Part shown: positions 37,881-52,206 of the stretch, in pieces | Layout: each line of letters starts with the position of its first letter | Numbering within the stretch: position 1 is the stretch's first letter | Assembly (NCBI RefSeq): GCF_033153115.1 | Contig: NW_026889779.1 | Coordinates: forward strand, 21,390,001-21,454,000 | Direction: 5' to 3' | Origin: Saccostrea echinata | Taxonomy: Eukaryota | DNA: 64,000 nt | Notes under the pieces: model-generated | What the model was told of the DNA's origin: nothing | Databases searched by the model: none | The model's input: only the letters and a program-made list of their open reading frames with translations | Program-made: the position numbers and the translations under genes

Positions 37881-38240
37881 AAATATTGCATGTAGTTGAG
37901 TGTAACATTGAAAATTTTCACCCCAAGAAAGCCATTGTCAACCGAGGCGCAGCCGAGGTTGACAATGGTTTTCGAGGGGTGAAAATTTTCAATGTTACAC
38001 TCAATTACATGCAATATTTATTATATTATACTGAATGTTTTATATAAATACATATAACAGTGAACCTTGCGCGCATAAATTCTGCGCAGTCGCTATTTTT
38101 TGGAATAACACCCGTCGTCAAGCAATGTTAACTGTTACTACGCTGGTGGGCGTGGCTTCATTATTCAGCGGGTAATAGTGTTTTTTAACAAATGTTTCTC
38201 GACGAATCAGATTCAACTAATTTACATGAAAGTATAATAT
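37881..38240. mobile_element. Hairpin-type non-autonomous element (~140-bp palindrome plus short-IR module)
   Basis: Palindrome AAATATTGCATGTA...GAGGCGCAGCCGAG...TACATGCAATATTT. It is followed by an inverted repeat ATTATATTATACT ... AGTATAATATAAT. Confidence 0.65.
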
Positions 38241-38289
38241 AATCAATTAGCAGTCGACAGAGACGGATACTGGAGGCTTATAATCTTAT

Positions 38290-39016
38290 AGTATTATTAT
38301 TTATTTATTGCTTAAGACATACATCTTATCGCATTTCAACATATAATACAAAATATTACAAAATGGCATTGTATAGCGGTCCTTATTGATTACAAAAATA
38401 TAATACAATATAACAATCATGATTTCATGGAGAATTACCATATGAGAGAATGCTTTCTCTCAATTTAAAAGCAAAATGAATATATTTCCCTAAATTACAA
38501 AGATCATGGACATTGCGTGTACCTAATAATTGTACAAATTTAAAAACAGATGGTTTTTGCCAGTAATACAATTTGATATATTTTTTACGGAGCTTTTCAA
38601 AATGTGGACAAATTAAAACAAAATGGTATTCATCCTCTATTTCACTTTTACACATTCTGCACATTCTACTCTCCCTAAGTATTTTATTATGTCGTCCTGA
38701 CTCAATTTCAAGGTTATGAGATGAAAGCCTAATTCGACTAATTTGCTTTTTGTACATAGAAGGTATGGGCTTACAAAGATAATACTGTAAAGAAAAATTG
38801 TCTACTATATGTTTGTAAATGTTAACATTTTGATGAATAGTTGATTTCTTCCATAAGGTTTTGAGCACATATGTCATTCAATCTTTGTTTTATAACTGGG
38901 AAAAAAATTCTATAACAAGCTCTATCTTGTTCACACCACATATAAATGTATCCTAACCCAATTTCATACAATTTTTCTTTAATACAAAAGGCCCAATTTT
39001 TCTTACTGTTTTTCAT
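38290..39016 (-). mobile_element. RTE-X-type LINE 3' fragment
   Basis: ISRIRLSSHNLEIESGRH..RMCRMC..IEDEYHFVLICP (C-terminal CCHC), with an (AAT)-rich tail near 38295. Confidence 0.85.
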
Positions 39017-42000
39017 TCTGTCACAGTTAGTGAATTAAGTCAATTGATGGCATTGATCTCTCAAATTCTAAAGATTGGTTCTCTCAATTCAAAAGATTGG
39101 GTTTTTTTAAACGATGAGGTATAATTTTTGTAAACCTGTGCTTTATTTATTCATCTATAAGTGATGTTATTTAATTGGACATTTAAAGTTATATAAAACA
39201 TCTATATAAGGAGAATACGTACATCTGCACTTCATACGCATGCGCTTATTAAGATTCTCAGGTACAGGTAAAGAAAAAAGTTTACTGTCCATCTGAATAT
39301 TTAAATAGATAATCTGATTTATGAGTCAGATTCTGGAACTGACCTTTCTGTAGTGGTTGAATGATCGGTGAGCTCCATCACCTGGACATATATACCTGAC
39401 ACGTGACTGCGGTGTTACAATATTAGATTAGAATTTTGATGCAAAGTCACGGATTTTCTACCAAAGTAGTTAATTAATCCGAAGAAGTCTAAATATAGAT
39501 ACAAGCTCTTAAAACATATAAATGCGTTTTTAGACATTTTCATTTATAGAATGCCAATTTATCGGTTTATATATCTGGTATGAAATATATAATAAATATA
39601 TCAAAAACAAGAACATTCGCTAAAAGAAATTATCATGTATCTTTGAAAATTAAAATAACATAAAACCCATTGGTAGGGGAATTCCTAAAACATGTGTTGA
39701 AAGCAGATAATCAAATTAGTTTCGAACCTAAATTAACTCCCAAGCGCAGATGTCGATCTAAAATATTTCTCCACTTCCTTGTACCATCATCTTTTATTAA
39801 ATGTATTGAATTTAATTAATCACGGTTTACAAGTACTTGAACAATGTGTAAATTATGAAAGTGAGGACTTTCCGCAAGCTTTAGATTTCCCGATTTCATT
39901 TCTTCAAGAAGTGTTCGTTATATAACGTTTATGCTTTGACATCTCATGCTAAGCACAATTCACTGAAATGACGAACGATTGGAGCTTTTATTGAAATTTT
40001 AATCATAATGTACATATCAGACTAGTTAGGCTGTTTTCTCCACGACACATTTCCTTCAGTTTAAGGACAGATTATACAAACAAACATCGATGCCTGGATT
40101 GGTATATACTTTTTTTTATTCTATATTGATTGTAAATGAATAGAATAATAAATTTCTAAAATATTAAGAAATTCTAAATTTTCTACGGTGTTCAAAATTC
40201 CACCTCTCTGCAACCTTCCTTAATAATCAATACAGTTTTTTGTCACTTTAAATCCCATAATTGTGAAAGTTTGAATGAAAAATAAAAATCTGTACGGTTG
40301 AACTTATTTATCTTATATAAGCATGACTGAAGTTGTTATTTTCAAGATTTTTGATAAAAGTTTGTTTGTATCATCTGTCTTTAAATTAATTCAGATGTTT
40401 TATTATTCACGAAAACCCTTTATAGAATATATAGCATACTTTGTGTGTCTATAATACTTCGTGTGTTTCCAAATTATATACATGTACTTAATTATGATGA
40501 TAAGTATTTCGCAATAAATAAAATCTTTTACCGTTTAGGAAATGTTTATATAGCAGAGATGACCTTGGTACGGTTATTATTATACTTGAAATTCATGGTA
40601 AAGATAAGTACGAAAAGGACGCTCCACTCGTTAAATTGTGACAGTTGTTATTTTTGTCCAAGAAAGTTAATGGATGAATGTATCATTTTTGCACGACATT
40701 GCCGCTGTATTTCTGAAAATGGAAATATATTTAAAAAGAGGGGAGTACTTGTCACGCAGGTGTACAAATGTCACATGTTTTAAAGGAAATCTTCAAAGAG
40801 ACATCGAATACTTTCAAACGTTTCTGAGCAAAACAAAATTACGGTTAAAAATAGTATAGTTTATGTATATATTATAGTATGGGGTTATTTTAAAGAAGTC
40901 GACACCTGGCCTGGCCAGGTGGAATAAACTTTTACATACACTCCATACAACAGCTTCGGTAAAGCAGATAAACTGAAATGGTTTTTCTTTATTCTAATTT
41001 TTTTAACTACACTAATACATGTACTTCCCATTTAAAAAAAATATTCAGCTGCTTATCGTACAAAACCACTGACCTAGTGACACAGAAACACACATTCGAG
41101 TCGCATTAATGAACAAGGGCACACTAACGCGGCGATTGAAACCGACAGCTCGTGAAGGTCATCCGTCAAACGTTCGATTTTGGACGCAAAAATATTCGAG
41201 ATTTTGTCGAGTCGGCAATAAATTTGGCGACCTTCAGTTCTAGTAGCAAAGAATGAATTAATTTTGTACAAAGGATCGCATGTTCATTGTATTCTCATTT
41301 GGTGATGCAAAGACAAGATGAATGATCATATTCAACGCGCTGTCACTCGATATGCTAATCAACTCATGCTTTACAGAGTTGAAAAATTGCTCATCTATAC
41401 ATTGAAAGCACCGTACAGATACTTTCAAATACTCTTGTAAGCTCTCGGGTTTTGAACGTCTCTTTAATGTATGTACTAATATTTTAATTGTCAGCATAAA
41501 AAATCAGGCACGTCTTCATCTTTGAGTACATAAAATACACATTCTTTTATACAGGAGTAATTTAATAACAATTTTTGTTTTTGTTTTGTTTTGTTTGTTT
41601 GTTTTTTGTTTTGTTTTGGGTTTTTTTAAAATAGATTCTAGAACATAGATAATTAACCAAGTAAACAATCATTCCACAACAAAACACAGGATGTCGCCAA
41701 CTTATGTATAAATCATTATGATTAATATTAAGATTTTATCTGTGAACGAAATCTTGAGTTTTATCGGTCAATTGACCCACTAAAACAATTACGTGTACTT
41801 GACAATTTGAACATAAAATTTATTTAGATATTAAGATTAATGCTTTACAACAATTTTAATATAACCCTCATTGTTTTAGATATTTAGGTTATTTTTTAGA
41901 ACATTTATCATGAATTTACTGATCGTTTGGGTGTCGCTGTGTCATAGAGCGATAGCGGTGTGGTGACATATACACGTCCTTTTTTATTGTACTGAAGTTC

Positions 42001-45000
42001 TCGTGGTGAAATTAATTTACATATTCTTCCATAAAACAGAGGATGACCCCGTCCGTGACCTAATTACGTCATTTCTTCAGCCACTGTGATTGATTTGTAT
42101 ATGATATTTTTGCATACATTATTTATACATGTAATTGTTATTGTGTAGATTGTCGTGCATTTTTTGTAAGATATTATAACGCCATTACACGGTCCATAGG
42201 AAGTCAAAACATATATTTGGAATTTCTCAGCATCATGAATATATCTTATCATTTTCAGTAATTCCTTACTTTCTCTTCATTCATTTAATATAAATATAAA
42301 ACCAAATGGCCAAAGCTGCACCTAATGGTTTTAGTTTTTAATATGTATACACAGAAGTACTTTTATATGAGACACAAATACATACATAACATGTATTCAC
42401 AGTATGACTAGAAAAACAGATGTCATCCCACTCGCCATATTGACGATGAATAGTTATGTTCGATAACTTTGACACAAAGTGTCCCTGGATCTCAATTTGA
42501 CAATATGGTCACCTGACATCAAAATGATGTCCCAAGGGATAGGACATTGATATTGACCTTGTGACCTGAAAGAAAACATGGGTCAGCTCTTCTTATTATG
42601 CTTCATTGCTGTACATGACAATTAAAAGGCTTAGATTTGAAGTTATAATATTCATAGAACACGTGACCAAGTAACTATAAATACTTTCGGTCATTCATAT
42701 TCTTTATCTCGACTCTCGCTGTAACTATTCACGAAGAAGAATGTAATGTTATAACAAGAAGGAGACGTCTTAATACCAATCTGTGTATATTTTGTTGACA
42801 GAAATAATTACACAATGGAAACATATTGGTGAAGATGGTAATACATGTATTAAAATTGTGTACTAATTTGTGTAATACATGTTAATTGATTAAAGGTCAT
42901 AGCGAGTAGCACTCCTACTTTGGTGTTTACTTGTTATTACTTAGAACAGAATTAATTCATATTCGGACGAACGAAGTGAGGGAGAGTATAAAATATTTTC
43001 AAAAAATTTCGGTATAATATCATGACCTACATGTTGCTAGAGCATTTCAGACCGATAAACTATAAAAGAAATTTCTCTTGTCTGAAAATATTTAAAATTA
43101 CGAATTTCAGGTTTGATTGACACACATCTTAACTACCATGCTTTAAAACGTTTCCTTAATGAGAAATTTGCTGAGTTTTAATGAAAAATATGAAAACTTT
43201 AATCTAAAAATTTCAAAGCAAAAATGTGAGGAAGCGAAACGAACACATCAGTATTGTACGTCAGCTCGTGTTCAGTGATGTGAGCAGAATAAATTGAACA
43301 CACTCGGTAAAACGTAAAGTAACAATATAGAGCTCATGCCCATGTTTACAAACTCAGATGTTTTACGCAATGTCACATGTATGAAAAATATCTTTGTTAC
43401 CGAAAATTGAAGTATTTTCATGTAAGTTCATTTCATTAAACTGAAGTTATTATTATTTTTTTAATAAAAATAGATATGTTAAATTGTAAACAAAGCATAA
43501 TTGCAACTTTGTAAGGCCCCTTTAAAGACTGGTCGGTCAAAATTGTTCCTGATCCTGTACATGACTAGAGAACCTTTGACAATTTATTTAAAAGAAAAAT
43601 GGTTGGGTTACCGCCATGACTACTGATGCAGTGTCTACAGAAATCAGACAACGGAGTGAAACATTAATTCACGTGCCTCACCAAACATGTATCCCCTCTT
43701 CTTCAAAGGACCATGCTTAATATATGATACGGTTTTTTCACATTTATACAAGTTGTTCGAAAAACTTTGCTGTAAACCCCAGTAACTGTGGAAAATGCCA
43801 AGCAATGTGTAGTAAACTATTTCTCTTATTTTTGTTTTTTTCAGAATTTCTTACACATTGATGATCCAAGAAATGTTCATACATGTATGACGTACATGTA
43901 GACCAAAGAATTGCCTAGCGATGACCCACCCATTCAGTGTTCCTACACTGTATGACGTAGTGTCTTGTCAACCTTTATTCTCATAGCAACACATTTCATG
44001 ATAGTAATTTTATAAAACTGCAACATTATAACATTCAATTGAAACTGATACACAATTAAGTAAATATATTTTGAATTATATAAAGGTAATCGCTAATTGA
44101 GCGATTTCGAACTCTTGTTTTCTTCGGTACTCTTATACAATTGATGAATACAGTATGATGTAAAAGTAGGTCCGGATTATCATCTGAGTACAATGTACAT
44201 TCATTATATTCAAATTTTACTGGAGACTACATCCTATGTGTTACGAGGTTCTGCTTAGTATCAGTCGCGTACTCCGTAATCTTTACTTAGTTTAGAATGA
44301 AATGCTGGAGACCGACTTTTACTTTCATAGCTAAAAGTCGAGAAAAATGAAATGTTAAAAATACCTATATCTATATACTTTGTTAAAATAAAAGGACAAT
44401 TTCGGGGCTATATATGAAACACATTCTTTCTTTACACAGTACGTTCAAATCAATAGCAGCACACAGAGGAGTTAAAATTCACTTCAAGTTGCTATAATTT
44501 CATTTTTGAAACAAAAAAGTTTCAAGAATTTTGATATATCAACAAATTGTGGAAAGTTATGTACTTCGTGTGCCATTAAACATGCAGCAAAGTACTTCAG
44601 TCCAGAATCCTAAAGTACATTAGATCTAGGTAACGGTGATTTTATAAAATTAATCTATCACTGATGTGATATTATAAAATTACTATACAGTGTACATGTA
44701 CTTCAAATGTGACATTATAAAATTATTCAGTTTCCAACGTGACATTATATAAAGTCTATTTCAGACGTGACAATACAAATTCGTTTTATTTCTGTCAGAC
44801 TTAACACATACAGGAAATGTTCCATAAAAGATGCCGGAATATAATTCTAAAAAATCCTACTAACATAATTCTTAAAAACCTACTAACCCTTTTGAAGTTT
44901 TTTTTTTTTGAGTGAACTCAATCTGATAATTGATTAATCTATTAATTAACACCCCAATTCGTCATGTATATAGAAAGTTCAGATAGTATGTACATGTGAG

Positions 45001-48000
45001 TAGTTTAAAATGGAACTCTTATAGCCGAGAGAACCAATCGACTTGGATGGTAGTAAGTGCAAATGAATCCATGTTACATGTAATGTTCAGAAGTCTTTTC
45101 TAAGGGCGGGGATACCGTTAACGAACTTATTTTAGATAATTATATTATGAGAACGGATGGTTCTCGGCAAATTTTTTTTCTTCTATAAACTTGACTTTTT
45201 TTAAAAATTTTATTTTCATTTTTTTTTAACACGCAAGTCTGTGTGCATAATTATCTACTAAATATCTTTGTGTTGTTTATCCCACATTCACTTCACGATT
45301 CTTTTGTATTTCAAATCCCCTTACACTCCTACACAGAGGGTAAATATTCCATACCCAAAATGTATACTAAAAATTCGTGTATCCACGTCAGAGAAAAGTC
45401 TTGCGTAATCTTCCGGTAGGTTAATAGTGGTGTCGCTTATCGCTTAGAAAGTTGGAAAAAGGTCAGAAGATAATCGAAACCTTGTTACCTGTTGGACCAT
45501 ACAAGCTTCGGCAACCTTCCGTTGTTATGTCTGACCATTGGTCGCCTTTGGGTATTTGGGTATGACTAAGTCGGTCATGTTTATAGTTACCGAGGTCAGC
45601 CTCATATATCTGGTAACCGAATTTACTTAATAACGTATGAATGAGTCTATGGTCGGTCATAGTACTTTAAAGGTCCAAAGTCTATATTTTCATAACAAAC
45701 TGCCCACGTGATGTTTTACATGAAGTGTCCGAACTTGTCTTCGAAGCATGCAGAGTTGCCAAAAACATCTGCATTTTAAAAATTATTTAATCTCCTTAAT
45801 TCGTTTTTTTTTCCAGTCTTTATTATATATAGGAGTGCAAGTTATTGAATTACTGTTAAGAGCAAATAAACAAACTGCGTTGACTAAGGTCAATGAAAGG
45901 TATTCAGGTACATCAGAAATTATTTATATACTTATCTAGTTGTCTACATGCGCGTCCTGACCGGTGAAATTTGAGTCAGCTTGTCCTTTATCGTAGAGGA
46001 ATGCCAACGTAAACAGACACCCGACCCCTTTTGTATTCACTCGACGTGTGCATGATAGGTAGAATTTTGGCAAAGTTATTTGTTTACATTTTTATCTCAT
46101 TTCTGGCTCTTGACGTAAATAAATAGCGCTCCTTCGATTTCGCTGTCCCTGAACCTAAATTGTGTAAATATGAACGTTTCCCTTGACACAGTGCGCTACT
46201 ACGGTTTAACGACAGACATGTGATGTATTTGTAAGTGTTTTGTCTCAACTGCAACGAGGAAACAAAACAAAAATATATATATTACCGCATGAGAGAGGTC
46301 TAAAGTCAATTTTTGATGTCAACTGCTGCAAATAAGTTCAAAGTACAAGTACTTGTACTGCGTGATTTCTGAAACAAGTGTGTGTGTTGTATTTGATGAT
46401 CCAGAATAAGAAATGAATTTTAATTGATATTGTAGCAATTGTCCGAATGAAGGAGACAAAACAACAAATATCAATTACCCTGAACGTTAATGACTGATGA
46501 CCCCTCCCTTTTTTTTTTAATTTTTTTTTATACGTGATGTATATATTCATATGAAACTTAAAAGCTTTAAAATTGTAAAAAAAAAATTTAATTGATAAAC
46601 AAAACTACATGTGATTAATGCGACATTGAAGGTTTACCAACTATTAAATTGGCAATTTATTGTACTGATTTCAAAGTTAAAGCAAGACTAAGACTTTATA
46701 CTGTGTCCTGTATGTACCACTGCGGTAATGTCATGTTGTAAATTCTGAATTTACCGGGTGGCAGTGAATACTGGTAATTAATTTACAAGTTATCATTTTG
46801 TATTTACTGCCACCCGGTTAATCAAAATTTACACCATGACAGCAAGTTTAAAATGTCTTTCATGGTCCCTTTTGGAAAGCAGTCTTCAGTAGAGTTGCTC
46901 ATCACTTATTGTATCAAGACAGGGGAATTTTGAACATTTCTGTAAACATCTCCTCATCAATAACATATGATAATCTCTGCGGTTTAAATTTGTAAGGCAT
47001 TTTGTCTGAGGTTAAAACACACAGAAAATAATTTTGAAGGTTGGCTTGCACTCTTACCACATATCTTTGAATTAAAACAAAATTGAAAGGACCTTAAAAT
47101 TAAAGTCAATTGGATGCAAATGGCTGACTGGCTCCCAAGGCCACCGGGGTTAACATTGTTAGTTTTTAACACGACTGCCGGGAATTACGAAATAGTGATC
47201 TATTTCTAGAAAGCCGTGAAGTACTTCGCCCACTTTAGCTGATGTAAGAGTGCGCGGTGTCACTAGCTTGGGTGTACCTTTTTCTTAGAACCGTTTGGCA
47301 ATCTTACTTCTGTCGACTCTCTCAGGCATCTTTTGCAATTTTGCGTTACCTAATTGATATAAGAAAATGTAGCGGCAAGTGGCTGCCAAATACGTACAAC
47401 ACAATGTTTTTTTGCAATTGTTTCTCAGTGGGTTTTTCGTTCCTGGGAAAGATTTTTTGTCCTGGGAAAAAGTACATTGATAAATGTTAAAGCTGCGTCT
47501 TTATTTGAATTTAAGTTAGCTACAGAACTGTAGCGTTATGGTTTTATATATGTCTTTGACCATAAATAACGGTACAGACTGCAGCTAAATCAAAGTACAC
47601 CCAGTCTTAAAATAATTTTCACAGAACGATTAACTTTAATTAAATAATTGTATAACCTTTTGCTACAATTCAATTTTATAAAATACAATGTAATTAGCAC
47701 GTTTAACTTTTATAAGCGTCGACTGAAGACGTACATGCAATTTTTCATATCACATAGCGCAATTGTAATCAGCCCTAAAGACACAATATAAAGGTGAGGT
47801 TGTCTGCTTGGTCAGGGCCGGGATTCCTGTCCTATTTATGACTTCATAAAGACATGCAATTTACAACAGCCCTGCCCTAGGTTCATGGCGACATTTGGTC
47901 ATGAACTATGATGCACAGTGGCAGACTGGTGATAGTACCAGGTATTGCAGGAAAAGTTTATTTTTTATGTTTTCAGCAAGAAAACAAAGACACATCTGGT

Positions 48001-50010
48001 TATTTTTCTTGACAAATTCATTGAAAAAGCCCCCCAGTCATTCAGATAAAAGTATATGCAGGAGTGCATCCAAGTGCAGAAGACTTATTTTTAGATCTTT
48101 ATGCGAGAGGGAATATTTTGTTAAACAGCCCCGAGAACTATAAGAACTGCTAGCTGATTCTTTATATATAGACATAATGTATATGTACCAAACTTGATGT
48201 TCTTATACTTTTTCAATCTTAAAAGAAATCGGTGAGTTAATGATACTCCAGTTTTTCCTTTTGTCACGACCGATTATTTAACAATGTTCTAGATTCACAG
48301 CTAAAAGTAGACGTTTGTGGTTCCTGGTGTTAATGGTGGCGATATTCCCTGGTTTCTCCGTGACTTTGAAACGTGGAGATCGCGCAGCTGTGCATTTGGC
48401 CTCCAAGGCCGCAGCAAACTATATTTGACCTGAAACGGACAGTGACCTCGCTGTTGGCCTTACTGGCCGACTGACCAGAGAACGAGTTTAGGAGTTGATC
48501 CGTAGTCTTGTGGAATTGCCAGCCCCGCCAAATACACAACCGAAAGTTGTCCTACATAAGCTTAGATTGACCTACATACATACATACATACATACATTCC
48601 CAGTTTGTTGATTTAGTTGCAGGTGATATATCCGTTAAATTGCACTTTTCTTATATATTAAAAGAGATTAAAACATAACGTGTTGCTTTTCTGTAATTAT
48701 TGCTCGTATATGAAGTTGATTTCCTCCTCAATTTATTTCTTCAATTATTTTTTCTCTATTTTTCAAAAATCCATACACTTTAACAATATATCTGACTGTC
48801 TCTTTCTGGGAAATGGATAGCTAAAATTTCTAACGATATTCTTAAATTAAGTCGGTATGATTAATGCAGGCACACGGTGCAATGTGCTGCACTTTAGGTG
48901 AATGCTGGCGACAGATAAAAATTGATTCTCCCATCTGTTGTTTTATTGAGCTTAGATTGCATTCTCGTCAATAAATACCCATTGTCAGTGCAAGTACTTT
49001 ACCGAATAAAATAATAGTGGTGCGAGGGTCACTAGGTCTATTTACCGAAAAAAATGCCAAAAATATTGAGGCTTCTCATTAAGAAAAGCGAGTTCACCTA
49101 GAAGGTTGTGATTAAAATCAAGAATAAATCACACAGGGAAATAAGTGTACATTTTTTTCAACAGTGCTGTTTTTTTTTTTTTTAAATGTACTGTATGCAC
49201 AATATTTGTGTTGTTTGCATGTAACCTTGTAAATGAAGTCAGAACCAGTGAAAACAAATTCAGGCAATTTTAATTTTCCCACAGTACATTGCTATTGACA
49301 TTACGAACCCTTTTGTTTTAATTCAATCAAATAATCTGTTTAATGCGCTTTGAAATATTTCACAGAACACAAGAAAAATACAGCTACCAAGACAAGGTTA
49401 TATAACGATTAACGATTATATTTATATACGATTTTTGTCACACTGTAGTGAAAATTAACTTGTTAACGAGCTTTCCTCCAACATACCGATAATATTTTTG
49501 TCCTTGGGTCTGTTAGTTTTTGTGTTGTTCTTTTAATTTCCAGTATAGTGTTTTTGCAATCAAAGAAAAATATTGCTCTCCCTGTGAACTGCCCCGTATT
49601 GGGCGTAACCTTCCGAGGTGGCCCTAGTGTCCACTTCTGAACCTTGGCCGACGAGTGTCCGTCTCACGACAGACAGAGCTCCCCCTGTAGTCTGGTCAGT
49701 TGCTCATTAATAAAGAACGACCTTCTCTTGACCTATTCCAGAGCTAAAACCAATTGTCAATGGTCAGTTCAATAACCGGGCAGCTCGGAAAGCATCCTTG
49801 ACTGTTGTCCAAACTATCGGGTCAGCTGTGTTACGGCTTTTGTCCCCAGGGGTCACACTGAGTAGCCAAATGGATTTAAAACATGTGTTTTGATATCTTC
49901 ATAAACTACACATGAATACTGTTCGTTCAATATTTCGTATTTATGATGGTACATTTGCTTTAGAATATTTTCTTCTATAGTATAAAATGATTCTAAGGCT
50001 ATTACCCATA

Positions 50011-50560
50011 CGAGGGTCGTTCAATAAATAATGCAATAGGTCATCTAAAAGTAAGAAAAGTACGTAATACATATTCTAAACATTTTCAATCCCTCAAAGC
50101 ATTCCCTGTTATCCTTTACACATGTCTTCAGCCTTTGTACCAATGACCAGAAAACCTCAGCATACCTATCTTTAGGGATGCCCCAAAGACACTATCTGAC
50201 GAATATCACTTTCCATGACATATCAAATATTGTCCAATCTCCTTTTGATTGTTTTCATGCATTTTTAGAATAAAAAGATCTTACAATGGCTGAGATGTAT
50301 CGAATATGGGGGAGGGCAAAGCTCTGTAAATTTTCTTTTCTTCATAATTTCATTTTTTCCTCTGCACTTATTTGCAACAGCGTTGCCAGGTGCAAGAAAA
50401 TCACCCTGGGGGCGGTATTTGGACTTCCTTTGCAGGAAATCTGTTTATCTTTCCTCAGTGCAATATGAACACAAGGTTAGCTTTTTAAAAAAAGCTGAGA
50501 GTCAGCCACTGGAATATAGAAAGTTTCTTTCATGCTTTGTGATGGTATATGACTTGTTTT
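50011..50560 (-). mobile_element. Decayed mariner transposase 3' half with its TIR
   Basis: TA|CGAGGGTCGTTCAATAAATAATGC terminus. Minus-strand LCPPPYSIHLSHCKIFLF is a degenerate HPPYSPDLAPCDFFLF, and IPKDRYAEVF.SLVQRLKTCVKDNRECFEG is the C-terminus. Confidence 0.8.
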
Positions 50561-50787
50561 ATTCATCATGTTATGATTCTTAAAAGTCATTGTAATCTAC
50601 AATATTTACATTTCCAATGTCTTTGTCCGAGATAAAATTACAAATTGTTAAAATACTTTATTTCTATATAAATCTACTGGTTCATCGATAGGCGCGGTTA
50701 AAAAAAAATCACGTGCGGGGCGGGACAAATAGAGACAGAAACGGGGCTATTAGCACGGGAATTTGCAGAATCAGGAGCATGTAAATA

Positions 50788-50948
50788 TAAGGAATATCTG
50801 TCTTATTTTTTGGATTCATGACGATGATCAATCGATTGGCTTGCGTGATAATTTTATGCATAAACGCCTTCGGCGTTTATGCAAATTATCACGCAAGCCA
50901 CTCGATTGATCACATCATGAATCCAAAAAATAAGACAGTTATTCCTTA
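50788..50948. repeat. ~160-bp near-perfect palindrome with a CTTCGG centre
   Basis: TAAGGAATA.CTGTCTTATTTTTTGGATTCATGA...GCCTTCGGC...TCATGAATCCAAAAAATAAGACAG.TATTCCTTA. Confidence 0.9.
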
Positions 50949-51131
50949 ATTAAATTCGCAATGTTGTACATAATAAATAATAAAGCATGGAATAAATTTT
51001 AGTTAGACTACACCGTGATCATTGTGATGACCTCCAATTAATTTCTCTTGGGCGCGGACGTCAGAGAAAGTTCGTCACAGAAATGAACAAAGCCAGTAAG
51101 AGCCCAGTCATTGAACGTTGACAGATGTATA

Positions 51132-52206
51132 CGAGGGTTGTCCCCAAAAAAACGCAAACATTTTCAATATTTTTTGTTTCACTAATATTTTAAAGTTAAA
51201 AATTGGCATGCATTAAAATCAACATTTTTGAAACAATTCACAGAAATTTCAGTAAATAATATCCATAAATAACATTTTTTTCTTTGGTAAAGGAATCATT
51301 CAAAACAGCTGCCGGCGCAACACCGACGACGTCAAAACGTAATTCTTGGAGTTTTTGAATTTGTTCAGGAATAGTGCGTCTTTAAAAAATCGTTCATGCA
51401 TAAATTCGATAGTGCATTTTATTTTCTTTTAGTTACCGAGTTATCCATTTCACACGTGTACTGCAGTTAAGAATAAATCAAGGAATAAATTCTTTTAATA
51501 AACAATTTCCCAACCCCGATCATAAACCTAACTGCTCGAATACTTAACGGTGGTCTCCATGCATGACGTCCAGCTCTAGCCTTTTCAGTTTATCGTCCTT
51601 TTTGTTGGTCAACCAAACGCTTCTTCCATCGGATAACCAGTTCATTCATATATGAACCTCTTTTACTATGTACGAACCTGTGATCGATACATGCATTTGT
51701 GTCGTTCCCTCGTTCCCAGCTCTTTTTCCGTATGAACAGGAGTCAAACCCCGCTCCACACAACACAGAGTGAAAATTTGGTGCGCCGCATTACCGCTCGA
51801 CATCGCCGTTTTTGGCAATATCTAATTAATAGTGTTTGTGAATATAACGTCATATTTTTGTCATTAATTATGAAGTCAGAGTATTGATTTTTTTTTTACA
51901 CACGAGTACTCTAGATCATAAAGTTTCTAAGGATATAATTTTTGTCACATCATATATCCGTATAGCCTGGTAGTAAAGAAAACATTGCTGTCAATGCTAT
52001 TTTTGAATGTCAAGAAATTGCCGTGCGCCGGCCACCGATATTTAACACCCTTTAAACGATGTTTAAAAATGCAAATGGCATTGAAACCTTATTATATTTA
52101 GCCAAAATTACAAAAATATAATTTTCCAACTTTATGCCAAAAATGAATAATTTTGGTCAAATAGTTTATGAAATATTTAAAAAGTTCGCGTTTTTCACAA
52201 CCCTCG
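51132..52206. mobile_element. Non-autonomous mariner-type element (1075 bp)
   Basis: TA|CGAGGGTTGT..AAAAACGC ... GCGTTTTTCACAACCCTCG|TA. Confidence 0.85.
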
